Below are positions 39,192 to 50,978 of a stretch of 64,000 nucleotides of DNA, piece by piece. Positions within the stretch are counted from its first letter, which is position 1; each line of letters begins with the position of its first letter. Source of the DNA: Botryllus schlosseri (Eukaryota); assembly GCA_051294905.1 (NCBI GenBank), contig CM119372.1, positions 16,740,001 through 16,804,000 of the forward strand. Reading direction: 5' to 3'. The notes beneath the pieces are model-generated. The model saw nothing but the letters and a program-made list of their open reading frames with translations. It did not search any database and was not told where the DNA came from. The position numbers and the translations under genes were made by a program.

Positions 39192-40886
39192 CAGAGGTCT
39201 CAAACACGCGGCCCGGGAGACCATTTTGTGCGGCCCGCGACGGCATTTTGGAATTTCAAGTATTCACCAATATATTCAAGTGCCGTATATCTTTTTTAGA
39301 TATAAGAACTTAAAGTTCACGCTAAAACTACTATAAAATAACCGAAATCTCAACAAACTTCACTATCACATCTCTTTTAAAAGCTACCATGCTATGGAAG
39401 ATCGGCTTATTACGTTTCATTATAAGTTTATAATGATAAGACATGACCCGTTGATGAATCGTGACTGAAAATTGTGATTTGGTTTGATGCGACCTTTTCG
39501 TTACTCGATTTCGGATTGAGTGGGTGATTAAATTAAAATGACTCGAGTTGAGTCGAATCAAACGTCAAAATCAGAGAAGGACTTGCGACTCGGAACGGTG
39601 ACTTGTTTGGTAATCCTACGGACGCAACAATCTATGAAACCGTCATGGGGAATGGTAATATATCAAAAGGTTGTAGCTTGCGTTGGGTGGGGTACATGGC
39701 TATCTAATCAGGTCAGTATGGCAGCCATTGGTATTCTGTGACCCCCGTGACGTATAGTTGAATATATGCTAGGTGTTGTTTGTGCTCTTTATCCATGTTA
39801 TTATCGTTGGCGAGTAAGGTAGTAGTTCGCTCTCAAGCTGTAACACCAATGAATTCTTCGCCGATTGGACATTTCAATTCCAGGGGTTCTTAACCAGCAG
39901 GGTCCGTAGACTACATCGGGGTACCAAGCACCACATCAGGGTGTACGAGATGCATGGTGGAATTAGTTCTATATGCTGTGGAATATCTTCTTGGCCAATT
40001 GATTCAACTGGAAAATATTCCCCGCGCTTCCCAAATGACTTGTAAGCCGCAACAACTTTGGCATTCGATATTATGACGTCACTTTCAATGGTTACGACGC
40101 AAATTATAATTATACTTAATTATTTATGCCTCGATTCGATGAAATAGTGTTACGCACGATTTCAAGTGAATGCTCTTTCTGATTTTAATATAGGTAGAAG
40201 TACCACCAGAAACTGTGGTGTAAATGGACAGGGGCTACGAGAAATCTTATTGAAAGCACAAGGGGTACGATCGCTAAAAAGGTTAAGAAGCAATGCTATT
40301 ACTATTGCTCAATAATGATTATATTCAAGTTGTTATTGGTTATTGATATATTCCAATATAAATCGAAGGCAAAATCTATCGCTGATTTAGTTTGACTTTG
40401 GTAATGACAGAAACAACAGCCGATACTTATCACGACTTTATCAAAACCAGGATTAGGCTACACCGCTCAAATGCTCTGATATCAGATCAATCTTCAGTAG
40501 ATTTTAAAATATTTTACATAGAATTGTGGCACGTTAAATGTCCACTAGCTGCAATATTATAACTCGACAGTCTTACGATGTCATGAGGCATGCTCTCGTA
40601 TCATATCTATATATAATAATAATATATATAATTAAACAGATTATGCCCGGTACAAAATCAATTTTATTGAAATATTTCACAATGTGTTATTTTCGTGTCA
40701 AGAGTGAATAATGCAATAGTAAATTACATTGCCACGATGTTTGTGGAATGCCTGTCTGCAAGGTCCCGTCAAATAAGGCCTATTTTGAAATTATACATTG
40801 AATATCCCTAAGAGTGGTGCTGCGGCCCGCGGCGTCATCAAAAACTGGGAAATGGCCCGCGAGCACATTTGAGTTTGAGACCTCTG
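39192..40886. mobile_element. Non-autonomous hAT/Buster element, family B copy 1 (1695 bp)
   Basis: TIRs cagaggtctcaaac/gtttgagacctctg; perfect TSD acttaaac; a nested MITE fragment near 39881-40295. Confidence 0.9.
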
Positions 40887-43179
40887 ACTTAAACTGATAT
40901 TACTTATACATGACATATAAAGTGCGAGTTTCAGGGTCCAAATTTACGCTGATAACCTATTATTCTGTAGGTTGTCTAGTTTGATACTCGAGCAACAGTC
41001 AGCTAACATATGTAAGCTCCAATATATTCTGGTATCATACCCCCTCATCTTCAGATATTGGGGGACATTTTCTCATTGTCCATCTCTGACTATGTCAAGG
41101 TTTTTAGGGAGATTATTTAGATATTTTAGCTTTTTTTAATATCTGCTGTCGGACATGAAGATATGGCAGTGACACCTGTGTATCAGGGTTACATGTTCAT
41201 CCTTATCGTCCATAACCACTAGAAAACACAATATTTCAAAGCTGACAAATATGATGCAATCGTGCTCGTGATATTGCAACAATGCAATGTTTCTGTATTA
41301 CTCTTAATGTTTCTGTATTACCCACGAAGACTAACTGAGCGTGCAATTGTTACTGCACCTAAGACTTTGCCATTTTGGAGAATGGCACACTTTAGTATCC
41401 ATTTTGAGCCACCTATAGGCATTTGCCATTCACTTGACTTGAAAATCGGGATTCCCAACTCCTCCGGTAATCCATGGTAACGATATCTTGCCAATGCCAG
41501 TATGACGGCAATACACAAAGCTACCGAAAGTAGGCTTACGAAGAAAAGGCCGTTTCTCCTGATCGAAAGTGAGATACCTTCTCTACTTTGCCAAGTAATC
41601 TTTTCTCACTTCATAAGGATGATAAAAGCTACGAAGATGTCTGTTCCAAGTCCCAAAGCTTATGTCAGATCAATTACTCGTGTTGATGGACTACTCTACT
41701 TTCTGAATCAACTTCGATTCCAAAATTTTCATCATTTGGCTTGCTATCCCTGAGATCTTCATCTTGATCCAAATTATCGAGCGTATAGGAGTTTCAGGTT
41801 ACACTGGCTAAGCTGAAAGCGGCATTGGACCAAAAGCTGTTATTAGATGTCATGTTTATTTTTCTTGCCATATCCTGCAGTTTGAGTCGAATATGTGTGT
41901 GAAATATCCTCGGATAATTGCATCCTCTAACCAAAAATGGGTGAAACATCGGCCTAGATCGATACCAGTACCTTTTCCCTACATAATTCAATCGAGCCCT
42001 TGACTATATAACTTATTATATGGTAAAAGTGTGGATTTTTATATGATATGGAAAAGTAATATGGCTATATTCGGGAAAATTTGCATATTTTGGGCGTATG
42101 TCGTAGAGCAAAAAGTTGACGTGATAGAAGAGAACCAGTAGTATTTTTGAAATCAGCACCCTAAAATTATCCTAAATCAAGGTCCAAATCTATGTCAACA
42201 AATTTTTCGATCAAAATTGTTTCCCAGTGTTATTGGTATATAATTTCGCCCCTACACATCTCAAATATTGAACCTGACTCGGCTCATGCGGAAGAAATAA
42301 AAGTTTGATCATAAGCCGCGGCACGGTTTGGGCACAAAAAGCATGCGACACTTGTCTTAGTAGAAAGACTAGGCCCCGCCAGGTCTGTGAATTTCTCATT
42401 AATTCGCCAATGAAAATCACACCGTTTACCGAGCTTACACACGTACATAAACTTTACTATACTTGAGTGATCTATTCTGTAAAGGCCAGCCGCGCTATTT
42501 CCGCTTAATAATCCTACACGTTGCTACAAGTGAAAATGCAAATTACCATCTGGCACCACAAAAACAAACTGCTGACATGCATTGCGAGATCAGTGTATTC
42601 GGTTTATAATCAGCATAAAAAGACGCATTGCATTAGGTATGCGCAGTTCTGGCGATATACGATAACTAAAAATAAATGAGCTTGTCCTGAGAATAAGCCA
42701 TCGTAGAGTGTATATGTATATAGTTCGGACTTGAGTCGGAATTACTGAAATGTTTTTCGCTCGCCTGAGTGGGTTTCGAAGTAAAGATACACTTTGGGAT
42801 CAGATGCCAATAAAGATGAACGCTTATAGTTGACGTAAATTGAAACATAGAATTCGCTCGGCGTCAAAATCACCTTGAAGTCACGCGCGTGGATATTAGA
42901 ATTGAAATTATTCGATGCCTCGTATTACGACAGGTCTGAAGAGACGTTCCAGGCGCCAGATAAATATATCCATTAACTATATATTTACTATAAAAAAACG
43001 TTCCGGAGACCATATGATATAAATGTTTGGCGCCATATTCTCGATGGCTAATGGCAAACTTCGATGCTGATGCAACTCCATTGATACGAAGCGGTCGTCG
43101 GCTTCGGTCTTGTTGCCGTGTTCTCTTCAAGGTATTTTGTAACTTTCCGAGATTGTGAGCCGCATGCTCTTGTGAGATG

Positions 43180-43417
43180 TCAGTCACGAATGCAGTGACA
43201 TCCGGCGTTTACATCAAGAGGTTGATATGAAACCGTACAGTTCTGGCACGCTTCGCATTCAGGAACTGTGTAACTTTCGTTGTTAGCCACTCTTACCCAG
43301 GTTTCTACCGTGATAATTTTGGAATGGGCTAGGGGCAACACTTCCAATTCGCCAATACTGTTACGCTCGTAGCAATATCGACACAGACAGTTCGCGGAGC
43401 TTAATAATTGTGGATAT
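43180..43417 (-). CDS. IL17: IL-17 family gene g5, coding exon 3 of 3 (cystine knot); not in the ORF track
   Basis: Minus-strand acceptor ttattctttttag|A. Manual translation: (R)YPQLLSSANCLCRYCYERNSIGELEVLPLAHSKIITVETWVRVANNESYTVPECEACQNCTVSYQPLDVNAGCHCIRD*. TGA at 43182-43180. Confidence 0.92.
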
Positions 43418-44319
43418 CTAAAAAGAATAATTCAAATAAACAACACCATTATTTACGTCATTTTGTAATTGCGATCCCTTGCGATCCTTCAAAGCATGGG
43501 GATGTCAAACATACGGCCCGCGGGCCGGATACGGGCCACGGAACGATTTCATCTGGCCCGCTAGGCAATGCGTATTAAATGAAAAAAATGTTTGTATCAT
43601 CTAGCACATTTATATCGAGAGTCGAGGCTATTGATAAGAATCAATTCCACGTGAATAATCCTTCAGGACGGCAAACGTCGAAGACATTCCACATTCTAAG
43701 CGTCCAGCGTCAATATTGCCCTTCACACTTTTAATCATTAGCAGTGTGTCTTAACTTTTTTAGCGTTCTCACCCCTTGAGCTGACAGGAATGGTTTCTCG
43801 AATCCTCTATCCAAGATCGAAATACTTTGTTATACCGGCCACTAACGCTAGCGGTAGGCCCACGTAGGGTTTTCAACACAACTTCTGTGGATGTCAGGGA
43901 AAGGAGATATTTCAGCGACTACATGGAGTTATCAATAGGCCTATCATACACTTCGCACACCGTGATGTATGTATAGGGTCTAAATTTTTATCGCCTCCGA
44001 TCTCTTTGGCAATGCCGTTTACTTGTCGTAGGTGCTGCGAAACGTCATAGGTCTTGCTGTGTTATGGGGAGAAATTTAAGGCCGGCGCCGAAATGGCGGT
44101 GTTCGGTTCAAAACCTGGACTAGCCCATTCTCTCATAATTGCAAAAAGGCTGGATTCATTTCTGCAACTTATGTTATTATATAGCCTATTATTTTATCGG
44201 AGGAAAGGTATCCGAACTGAAAGAAACAATCCCCCTGAAGAAATCCAACCAATATTATTTCATTTTATGTTGTTTTATGCTATTTTTTATGTTGAAAAAT
44301 AATTTTGGTCCATCAATAG

Positions 44320-44876
44320 CAGGGTTGTAACCAAGTCACTATGTTCCGAGTCACAAGTCAATCTCACTTTTGTAGTTTTGACTCGAGTCAAGTCGAGTCA
44401 TTTTCAATCACCACCGACTCAAGTCCGAGCCAAAGTCATCAAGCAGAGGTTAGAGTCAGAGTCATGGTATTATGACTCGAGTCCGAGTCCAAGTCATTGT
44501 GTTGACCGCTCAGTTTCCAGTTCCAAGTCTTGTTAAACCCACTTTTATAACTCTGTTCGGTGATATCGAATGGTTCGCGTTTATAATATACTAATTTTCT
44601 TCACTTTTAACAGTTTCTTGTCGCATTTTCAAGTACCAGTACCAATAGACGAAATCCCAATAGGGTGGTTACTTTACTATTCTTCGAAATTACAATGAAC
44701 TGTCGGTCTCGGCCGTCTGAGTCTCGAGTCACATGACTTGGTTCAAGTCATGCGCAATGACTCGAGTCAATACACAGACTGACTCGAGTCGAGTCGAGTC
44801 ATTTCCGTATTTTCAGAAAATGACTGGGGTCAAGTCGAGTCATCAGAAAATCGTGACTCGAGTCATTACAACCCTG
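44320..44876 (+). mobile_element. hAT MITE family C copy 1 (557 bp; GACTCGAGTC subterminal repeats)
   Basis: TIRs cagggttgtaa/ttacaaccctg; perfect TSD atcaatag. Strand is assigned arbitrarily relative to copy 2. Confidence 0.9.
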
Positions 44877-45388
44877 ATCAATAGCGTATAATTTCACACT
44901 GCATCGTGTACCCCCTACTTTGGTGCTTTGTACCCCGAAGGGGCTCATGGACCCCTGGTTATAAACCCCTACTATTAGTCGGTGATAGTTTCTGAAAGTT
45001 ACAGTGACAATCAGCCCAGTTTTCTGAGTTTCTGAAAGAATGAACCAAAAGGTAGTTACTCATAAAGATGAAATGCCAATGCGAAACTGTCATATCATAT
45101 GACTCATATGTAACTTATATTGTGCTCAAAGAATATAATGCAAATATCTATGTTCGCATTGCTATATTATAACTTCTGACTCAGAAGGTTCTCGGATTCA
45201 CAAATCCATTCAGTCCATCAAATGTCTATGCGAACATTTCACAGTTCCTGAAACGGTGGAACTTTTTTGCTGCACTGTCATTGATAGATTTTCATAAAAC
45301 GTTTTTATTCGACAAGGCGCATGAGCTCAAAAACACCGCAACACTCGGAAATTTACTGATCGTCCCCGGAATGCTATCCCCTGTTGCA

Positions 45389-45460
45389 CGTGATCATGGT
45401 GCAAAAGACCAACAGGTGATAAGCGCCAAACTTTTCTTTTAATAAACAACAACAACAACA
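45389..45460 (+). mobile_element. 72-bp 5'-truncated retroposon insertion
   Basis: Ends AATAAA+(caa)n; flanked by the 13-bp direct repeat atcccctgttgca (45376-45388, 45461-45473). Confidence 0.7.
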
Positions 45461-45811
45461 ATCCCCTGTTGCATAGTTCTTTATCTCGTGTGGTACATAT
45501 TTGTAAATCTGTCCTGGCCCACACAATGTCCCAATAGTTTCTCTCGAAACTTTTGTATAAATAATTGTCCCTAATTTGGTATACCGCACATTCTAGTCCG
45601 TGACGCACCTGAACTTACAGCCGAAAAGCGTCACTCCCTTTTATCAATAATTCATCAAATGTGAGTTGTTGTTGATTGGGTTAAAATACGTCCTTCAATC
45701 CCCGAATTTGTAGTAAGTAGGTTAAATATCTTGTTGCCGTCATAATGAAAACGCTGGGTCAATGTCGCCGCATCACGATTCACGACTAAACGAAGTAATC
45801 ATACTGGCAGT

Positions 45812-47008
45812 CAGACTTGGACAACTAGAAAATTTTCAGCTATTCCAAATTAGATTAGAATTAGAACTAGAGCTGCACAGTTGTTTTTCAAATTAGATTG
45901 GAATTAGAATTAGAGCTGCACGATTTTTCCAAATTAGAATAAAATTAGAATTACAGCTACACATTTTATTTTAATTAAATTAGAATTAGAAGTTAAATCA
46001 CTGAATTCGCAAAAACTTGGAAATTGAATGAGATTGTGAATGAGAAATTAATAATACAGCAAAAATAAAGTCCAGTTCATATCAAATGACAGTGCATTAA
46101 CGTCTGTACAACAAGCTGCTTGGCTCGTTTTGTACTATACCAGGGGTCACCAACACGCGGGCCACATACGGTCGGCCAGCTGATTTGTGATTTTAGAAGA
46201 ACGCGAAGTAAAGATTTTGAAATGCTGAAATTGGTTTCAGTTTCAAATTATTTTAGTTGTTTCAAAATTAGCTATGCCTGTGCCCAACAACACTATTCCT
46301 CACTAGCTGAAACGGATTCGGCGATGGCAACAGCATTACATAGATGGAGAGTCAGCTGATAGGAGCATATTGTCTTGACGTGCAATGGCCCAAGCACTAC
46401 CAAGACCAATAAGCTTAGAAAATGGTCTGGGACTTTCCCACAAGATCAATATTTAGGGTGAAATATTCTTTCAGCTGGTTTCATGTCTGGCTAGTCGCAA
46501 TATCAATTCATTAGTCGCTGAAAAGCGTGATCAGGCATCGTAAACAGCTCATAGTTGAAAATAAAATGAAGTTGATAATCATAATATTTCTTGTTGTATT
46601 TGTACTTCTTTATTAAAATTACTTCTTTTGTGGTATAACCATGTCCATCGCCCACGCAAGTGAGCACGGCGTTGTACTAACATAAAGTTTTAAAAACGTG
46701 ATCGCAACTAAAATGTTGTTCGCAGACTACAAGCTACTATACCAGTATGGCTATTATTATTCGTCACAATAACTACTATGATTGTACGGGCGGTGTAAGT
46801 AATGCGATGGTTTCTTGGTAGCAAAAAGCCGCGGACAAAGAGGCATTTTTAGGAAACCAATAAATTAGATTAGAACTAAAATTAGAGCACAAAAAAATTA
46901 ACAAGTTAGATTAGAATTAGAATTAGAGCATAAAAACATTTCACAAATTGCATTTCGCTCTAATTTAGGGAAATTGGACAACTAGAATTATCTAATTGTC
47001 TAAGTCGG
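45812..47008. mobile_element. hAT-type element with (TTAGAA)n-like subterminal arrays
   Basis: Imperfect TIRs cagacttggacaa/ttgtctaagtcgg; TSD ctggcagt/ctcgcagt (7/8); aattagaattag arrays at both ends; a Charlie-type end nested at about 46141. Confidence 0.7.
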
Positions 47009-49029
47009 CTCGCAGTTTACAGTTACTCAGAGGTTAAAGCCACCGTTTTAGTGATTTGTAACTGTATTCAATCGACTAACTCCATTGTCTATGCATAAAT
47101 ATGTTTCTACATTCGATCCCGAATAATCAAGCATTCCCCTGAAAAACGAAGGTAGGGATTTGGAGATAACATTTTGGCAACATTCCACAGGTCCGGCCCA
47201 TAAGCGATTATAAAGTTCGAATCCGGCCCGCGGTGCAATTCGACTTTGAATCCTTTCCTTACAGGTCACCAATTGATATTTCTGCCTTGCGTTCATACGT
47301 ATGACAGTATTCAAGAAGTTACTTCGAACGTGCATAACACCGGACGGGTGGAGGGATAGCGCGAAATGTCATAAAATCTCCCAAACTAGTCGAAGCTGAC
47401 AGAATATTGCATTATTCGCGCGAGATTTTTCCCCATTCTACCACGATCATCTGTGAAGTCCAACTATTATTATTATATGTTAAATTATCATTATTATATG
47501 TTCATCAAATTGACGTTATGCTACATGGGTGGGGCATTATACCCTACAAAATAGAGCATCCCAGTACAATGCTATAGACGCTTCTCCGCTTCGTCATGGC
47601 GAAACTGATCTTTTGAAAAAAGCTTCATCCACAAATTTAGCTAAACAAAGCAACATATTATGATAAGTTAAAACATAAGGATGGAAATTCTTAAATGACA
47701 GTCAGCGGGATAGCCTTTAGCCTATATTCGCCGGGAATGCATTCTGGGTGAGCTCATAAATGGCTACTGTACTCCATTTTTACCCGTATCCGTTACAGAA
47801 CGCTTCACTGCATATCAAACACGACCTAGGGCATTGGCAGTTGTCAAAAACTATCAGCTGGAGCTGTGCACATCTTATCCTGAAAGTATGACGACATAGA
47901 TATTTTTATTTAATGAAGCCAAAGAAAAATTGCGTGTGTTGTAGATATGAATTGAAATTCTACTAATCTTATTAGTATAGTAATCCCTTTGGGGGCATAA
48001 TCTTAATTAAATTATTACATATTTGCATTCGCACGAAAAGATAGGCCAACGCACTCGAGGGACAGCCAGATAATTAATCAATTGAAAACAGGCTATCGAC
48101 ACTATCGTAAGTATTTGCCTAAATTTCTCACTCAATACCACGTTTTTTTGTTATAGGACCAGACGACGATCCAATGGGAAACCGAACTTTACGGGGTAAA
48201 ACACCCGCAGTGTACAGCATTGCACTGGCGTAAAGTTTTAGGAACGTGATTGTTAAACTGTGTGGTCTGTTTTATCTCGATATTGAATCATGCGGCTCGC
48301 AGCATCACAGAATTTTGAAAAATGGCCCACGACCCGTTTTGAGTTGGCTACCCCTGCTTTAATGCAATGGTCCATAACCTTTCTTTCAAATCGACCCTTA
48401 TTTCAAGAGAAAATGAAATTGAAACGAACTTGCGACCCATATAATTTTGGGAATACGAGCGTAAATATGGGTGTGTACGACAACTATTCCCCACTTGACA
48501 ACCACGGAGGACAGTATAGACGTAGTACGAAAACCAGAAAATTGTGCAATTATCTAAGCATTTTATTAAGTATAGGGGCCAGAGGTGTAACGAATAAGAT
48601 TTGTGTTGGTTACCCCAGGCCCCACGCTAATTTACCTAGGCTTACTAACAGCTGCAAAAAGAGAAATACAGTTTAGGAGATGATATGAGAGTTCCTACGA
48701 AATCGGTAATTGAGAGAAGAAAAATCGTCAATGAATGACAATCGGCTTATTCATCATATTAGCGAGTATTGCAGTAGTGAATATCAGGTGAGCATTTGCT
48801 GGCAAACAATTTATTCTGATAATAGATCGATTTTTTATAAAAGGTATACCTACAGAAATTCAGTAGCCTATTCATGTTTGTATCTTTATTTTTTGATGCC
48901 CTCACAGCCCTCGTGACAGAATTTGACGTATAACGTAGGCCTATGTGTTTTCGAATATGTCTATCTTGTGGATAAAATTTTAATGTAATTTGTCGATTTT
49001 ACATTACATGTACCCTTCTTTTATATTAC

Positions 49030-49265
49030 GGTTTGGTATATCGGGTTTACCGATTGTGGGCTGACCAGAGCTCAGTTCTCTCGCGCAATGATTTGACCTA
49101 AATTTTACGCCCTTCCTGCCGCATCCGTATACCCAATACTCCTTTACCTGAGCTTGGGACCGGCCCTAGTTTCACTAATCTACGACTGGGTTCGTTGGGA
49201 GGCAGCCACGGGGAATTGAACACGATAGTATCTGGTTTGCGAGACTGAGGTACGCGTACCCTCTG
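49030..49265 (-). mobile_element. Possible degenerate SINE/non-LTR fragment
   Basis: B-box-like gtgttcaattcc about 30 nt after a weak A box, followed by a GC-rich body; no second copy in the window. Confidence 0.3.
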
Positions 49266-49501
49266 CTCATAACACGCAGTGCGCGTGTCCGGGGCTATAG
49301 ACACTCTGATGAGACATATCATATGTGTTGATAAATAATTGGCTTCTCGTAAGTCGCGTATACCAGATCCCACCTAATTTAAAACATGTTTCCCGAGACA
49401 CACTTCAGAATCGTCGCGAGCCGCAAGTGGTACATATACATTGTACGTACAGCTTTGCCGTACCACATTCTGTCTTTAATCAAATCGCTACGTGGTCCGT
49501 G

Positions 49502-50299
49502 GACATATGAGCATGCAGGGTTGAAATGACTCATGTCACGATTTTCTGATGACTCGACTTGACTCGAGTCAATCTGTGTATTGACTCGACTTGGACTCGA
49601 GTCATTGCGCATGACTCGAAGCAAGTCATACCACTCGAGACTCAGACGGCCAAGACCGATATTTCATTGTAATTTCGCAGAACAGTAAAGTAACCACCCT
49701 ATTGGGATTTCGTCTATTGGTACTGGTACTTTAAAATGCGACCAGAAACTGTTACAACTGAGGAAAATTAGTATTTTAGAAATGGGAACCATTCGATATC
49801 AGCAAACAGAGTTATAAAAGTGGGTTTAACAAGACTTTAACTGGAAACTGAGCAGTCAATACAATGACTTGGACTCGGACTCGAGTCATAATACCATGAC
49901 TCGGACTCGTACCTCTGCTCGATGACTTGGACTCGGACTTGACTCGGTGGCGAATTGAAAATTACTCGACTTGGCTCGAGTCAAAACTGTAAAAGTGAGA
50001 TTGACTTATGACTCGGAGCTTTATAACTTTGTTACAACCCTGTGAGCATGCGATACTTTGGCATGCGACAATTGGGTATGTGGGTTAAATTACGGGTTAG
50101 AATAGGTTAGGGTTGGATTTTATGGTTGGGTTAGGGTTAGGCTTATGCTTGGGGTTAGGATATATATAAGGGGTAATTTCAGGATTATGTTTCGGGTTAG
50201 GGTAAGTTTTTGGGCTACAAAGTCACATGATGAAGTAACGCATGCTGAAGTGTCCCATGCTGAAGTGTCGTTTTCCGTTGTGTCGCATGCTCATATGTC
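49502..50299. mobile_element. Inverted-repeat element with a degenerate TTAGGG core, interrupted by the family C MITE
   Basis: Removing 49516-50050 restores gacatatgagcatgcga, the exact reverse complement of tcgcatgctcatatgtc (50283-50299). GGTTAG-rich tract at about 50085-50208. Confidence 0.7.
49516..50042 (-). mobile_element. hAT MITE family C copy 2 (527 bp), inverted relative to copy 1
   Basis: Reverse complement is collinear with 44320..44876; perfect TSD tgagcatg. Confidence 0.9.
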
Positions 50300-50376
50300 G
50301 GGAAACCATTTTCTTCAGATGCTATATTCTCCGCTTCAAAGAATTCCTTTGGAGACAATATTGATGAATAACACAC

Positions 50377-50467
50377 CTGTTCCATTGAAAGTCCAACGTA
50401 TAATTCCACGGAGAAAAACTTCGAGTTTCGTAACTGCTTAGATTCTCATGAAGGGGGCATGACGGTA
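50377..50467 (-). CDS. IL17: IL-17 family gene g5, coding exon 2 of 3 (91 nt)
   Basis: Acceptor cgcattttttcag|TA, phase 1 in. Reads (L)PSCPLHENLSSYETRSFSPWNYTLDFQWN-AG|gtgtgt, phase 2 out, matching both neighbouring exons. Confidence 0.88.
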
Positions 50468-50978
50468 CTGAAAAAATGCGCACACACATTAGTGAAATCA
50501 ATAAACCAGCCATTGAATTCAATATAATCATAAGATGGTCATCGATCGCCCATCCCAGATCACGGTGAGCAACACTTGTGCGTATACTGACTCTTGTATT
50601 TTTTATGATACTCACAGTTCGCGTAATACCATGTTCTAACATACTGCTATAACCCACTGGTTTTCAAACGATTTCATTCCAGGACCCCTTCAGTGATATT
50701 TAAGCTGACATCCACATAAGAAGGAGCTTTCTGGTGACCCAGGTGCATGTTAAATAAAATAACAAGCGGGCACCACGGCATTAAAGCTCTAGCACGGAGC
50801 TGTCTAAGCTTTTTGCTAATGTGGGTCGCATTCCATTGGTCACTTGCGCCACAATAAAAAGCAGTCGTCAGTTTCGGTTGTGGCAGCTTGCGGAATATTT
50901 ATCATGATATTTCAAGATCGGGATTACGATTGATTTGAAATGACTATTGTCGCTTTGGAGCTTCGAGTCGGTATAGAC

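Noticed and set aside
44320-44876. CRISPR-like appearance of the GACTCGAGTC and GGAGTC arrays (also 49516-50042, 62725-64000)
   Set aside because: Units are short, irregular and lack unique spacers; they are subterminal TE repeats in eukaryotic DNA with no cas genes.
45374-45589. Minus ORF with a CCCCC run
   Set aside because: The run is the antisense reading of the (caa)n tail of the 72-bp retroposon.
49100-49215. Possible HDV-like ribozyme in the GC-rich retroelement-like segment
   Set aside because: I could not assemble the P1/P1.1/P2/P3 nested pseudoknot by hand; an Infernal search against Rfam HDV-like models would be needed.
50085-50208. True telomere or fusion site
   Set aside because: Repeats are short, degenerate and enclosed by inverted repeats within an intron.
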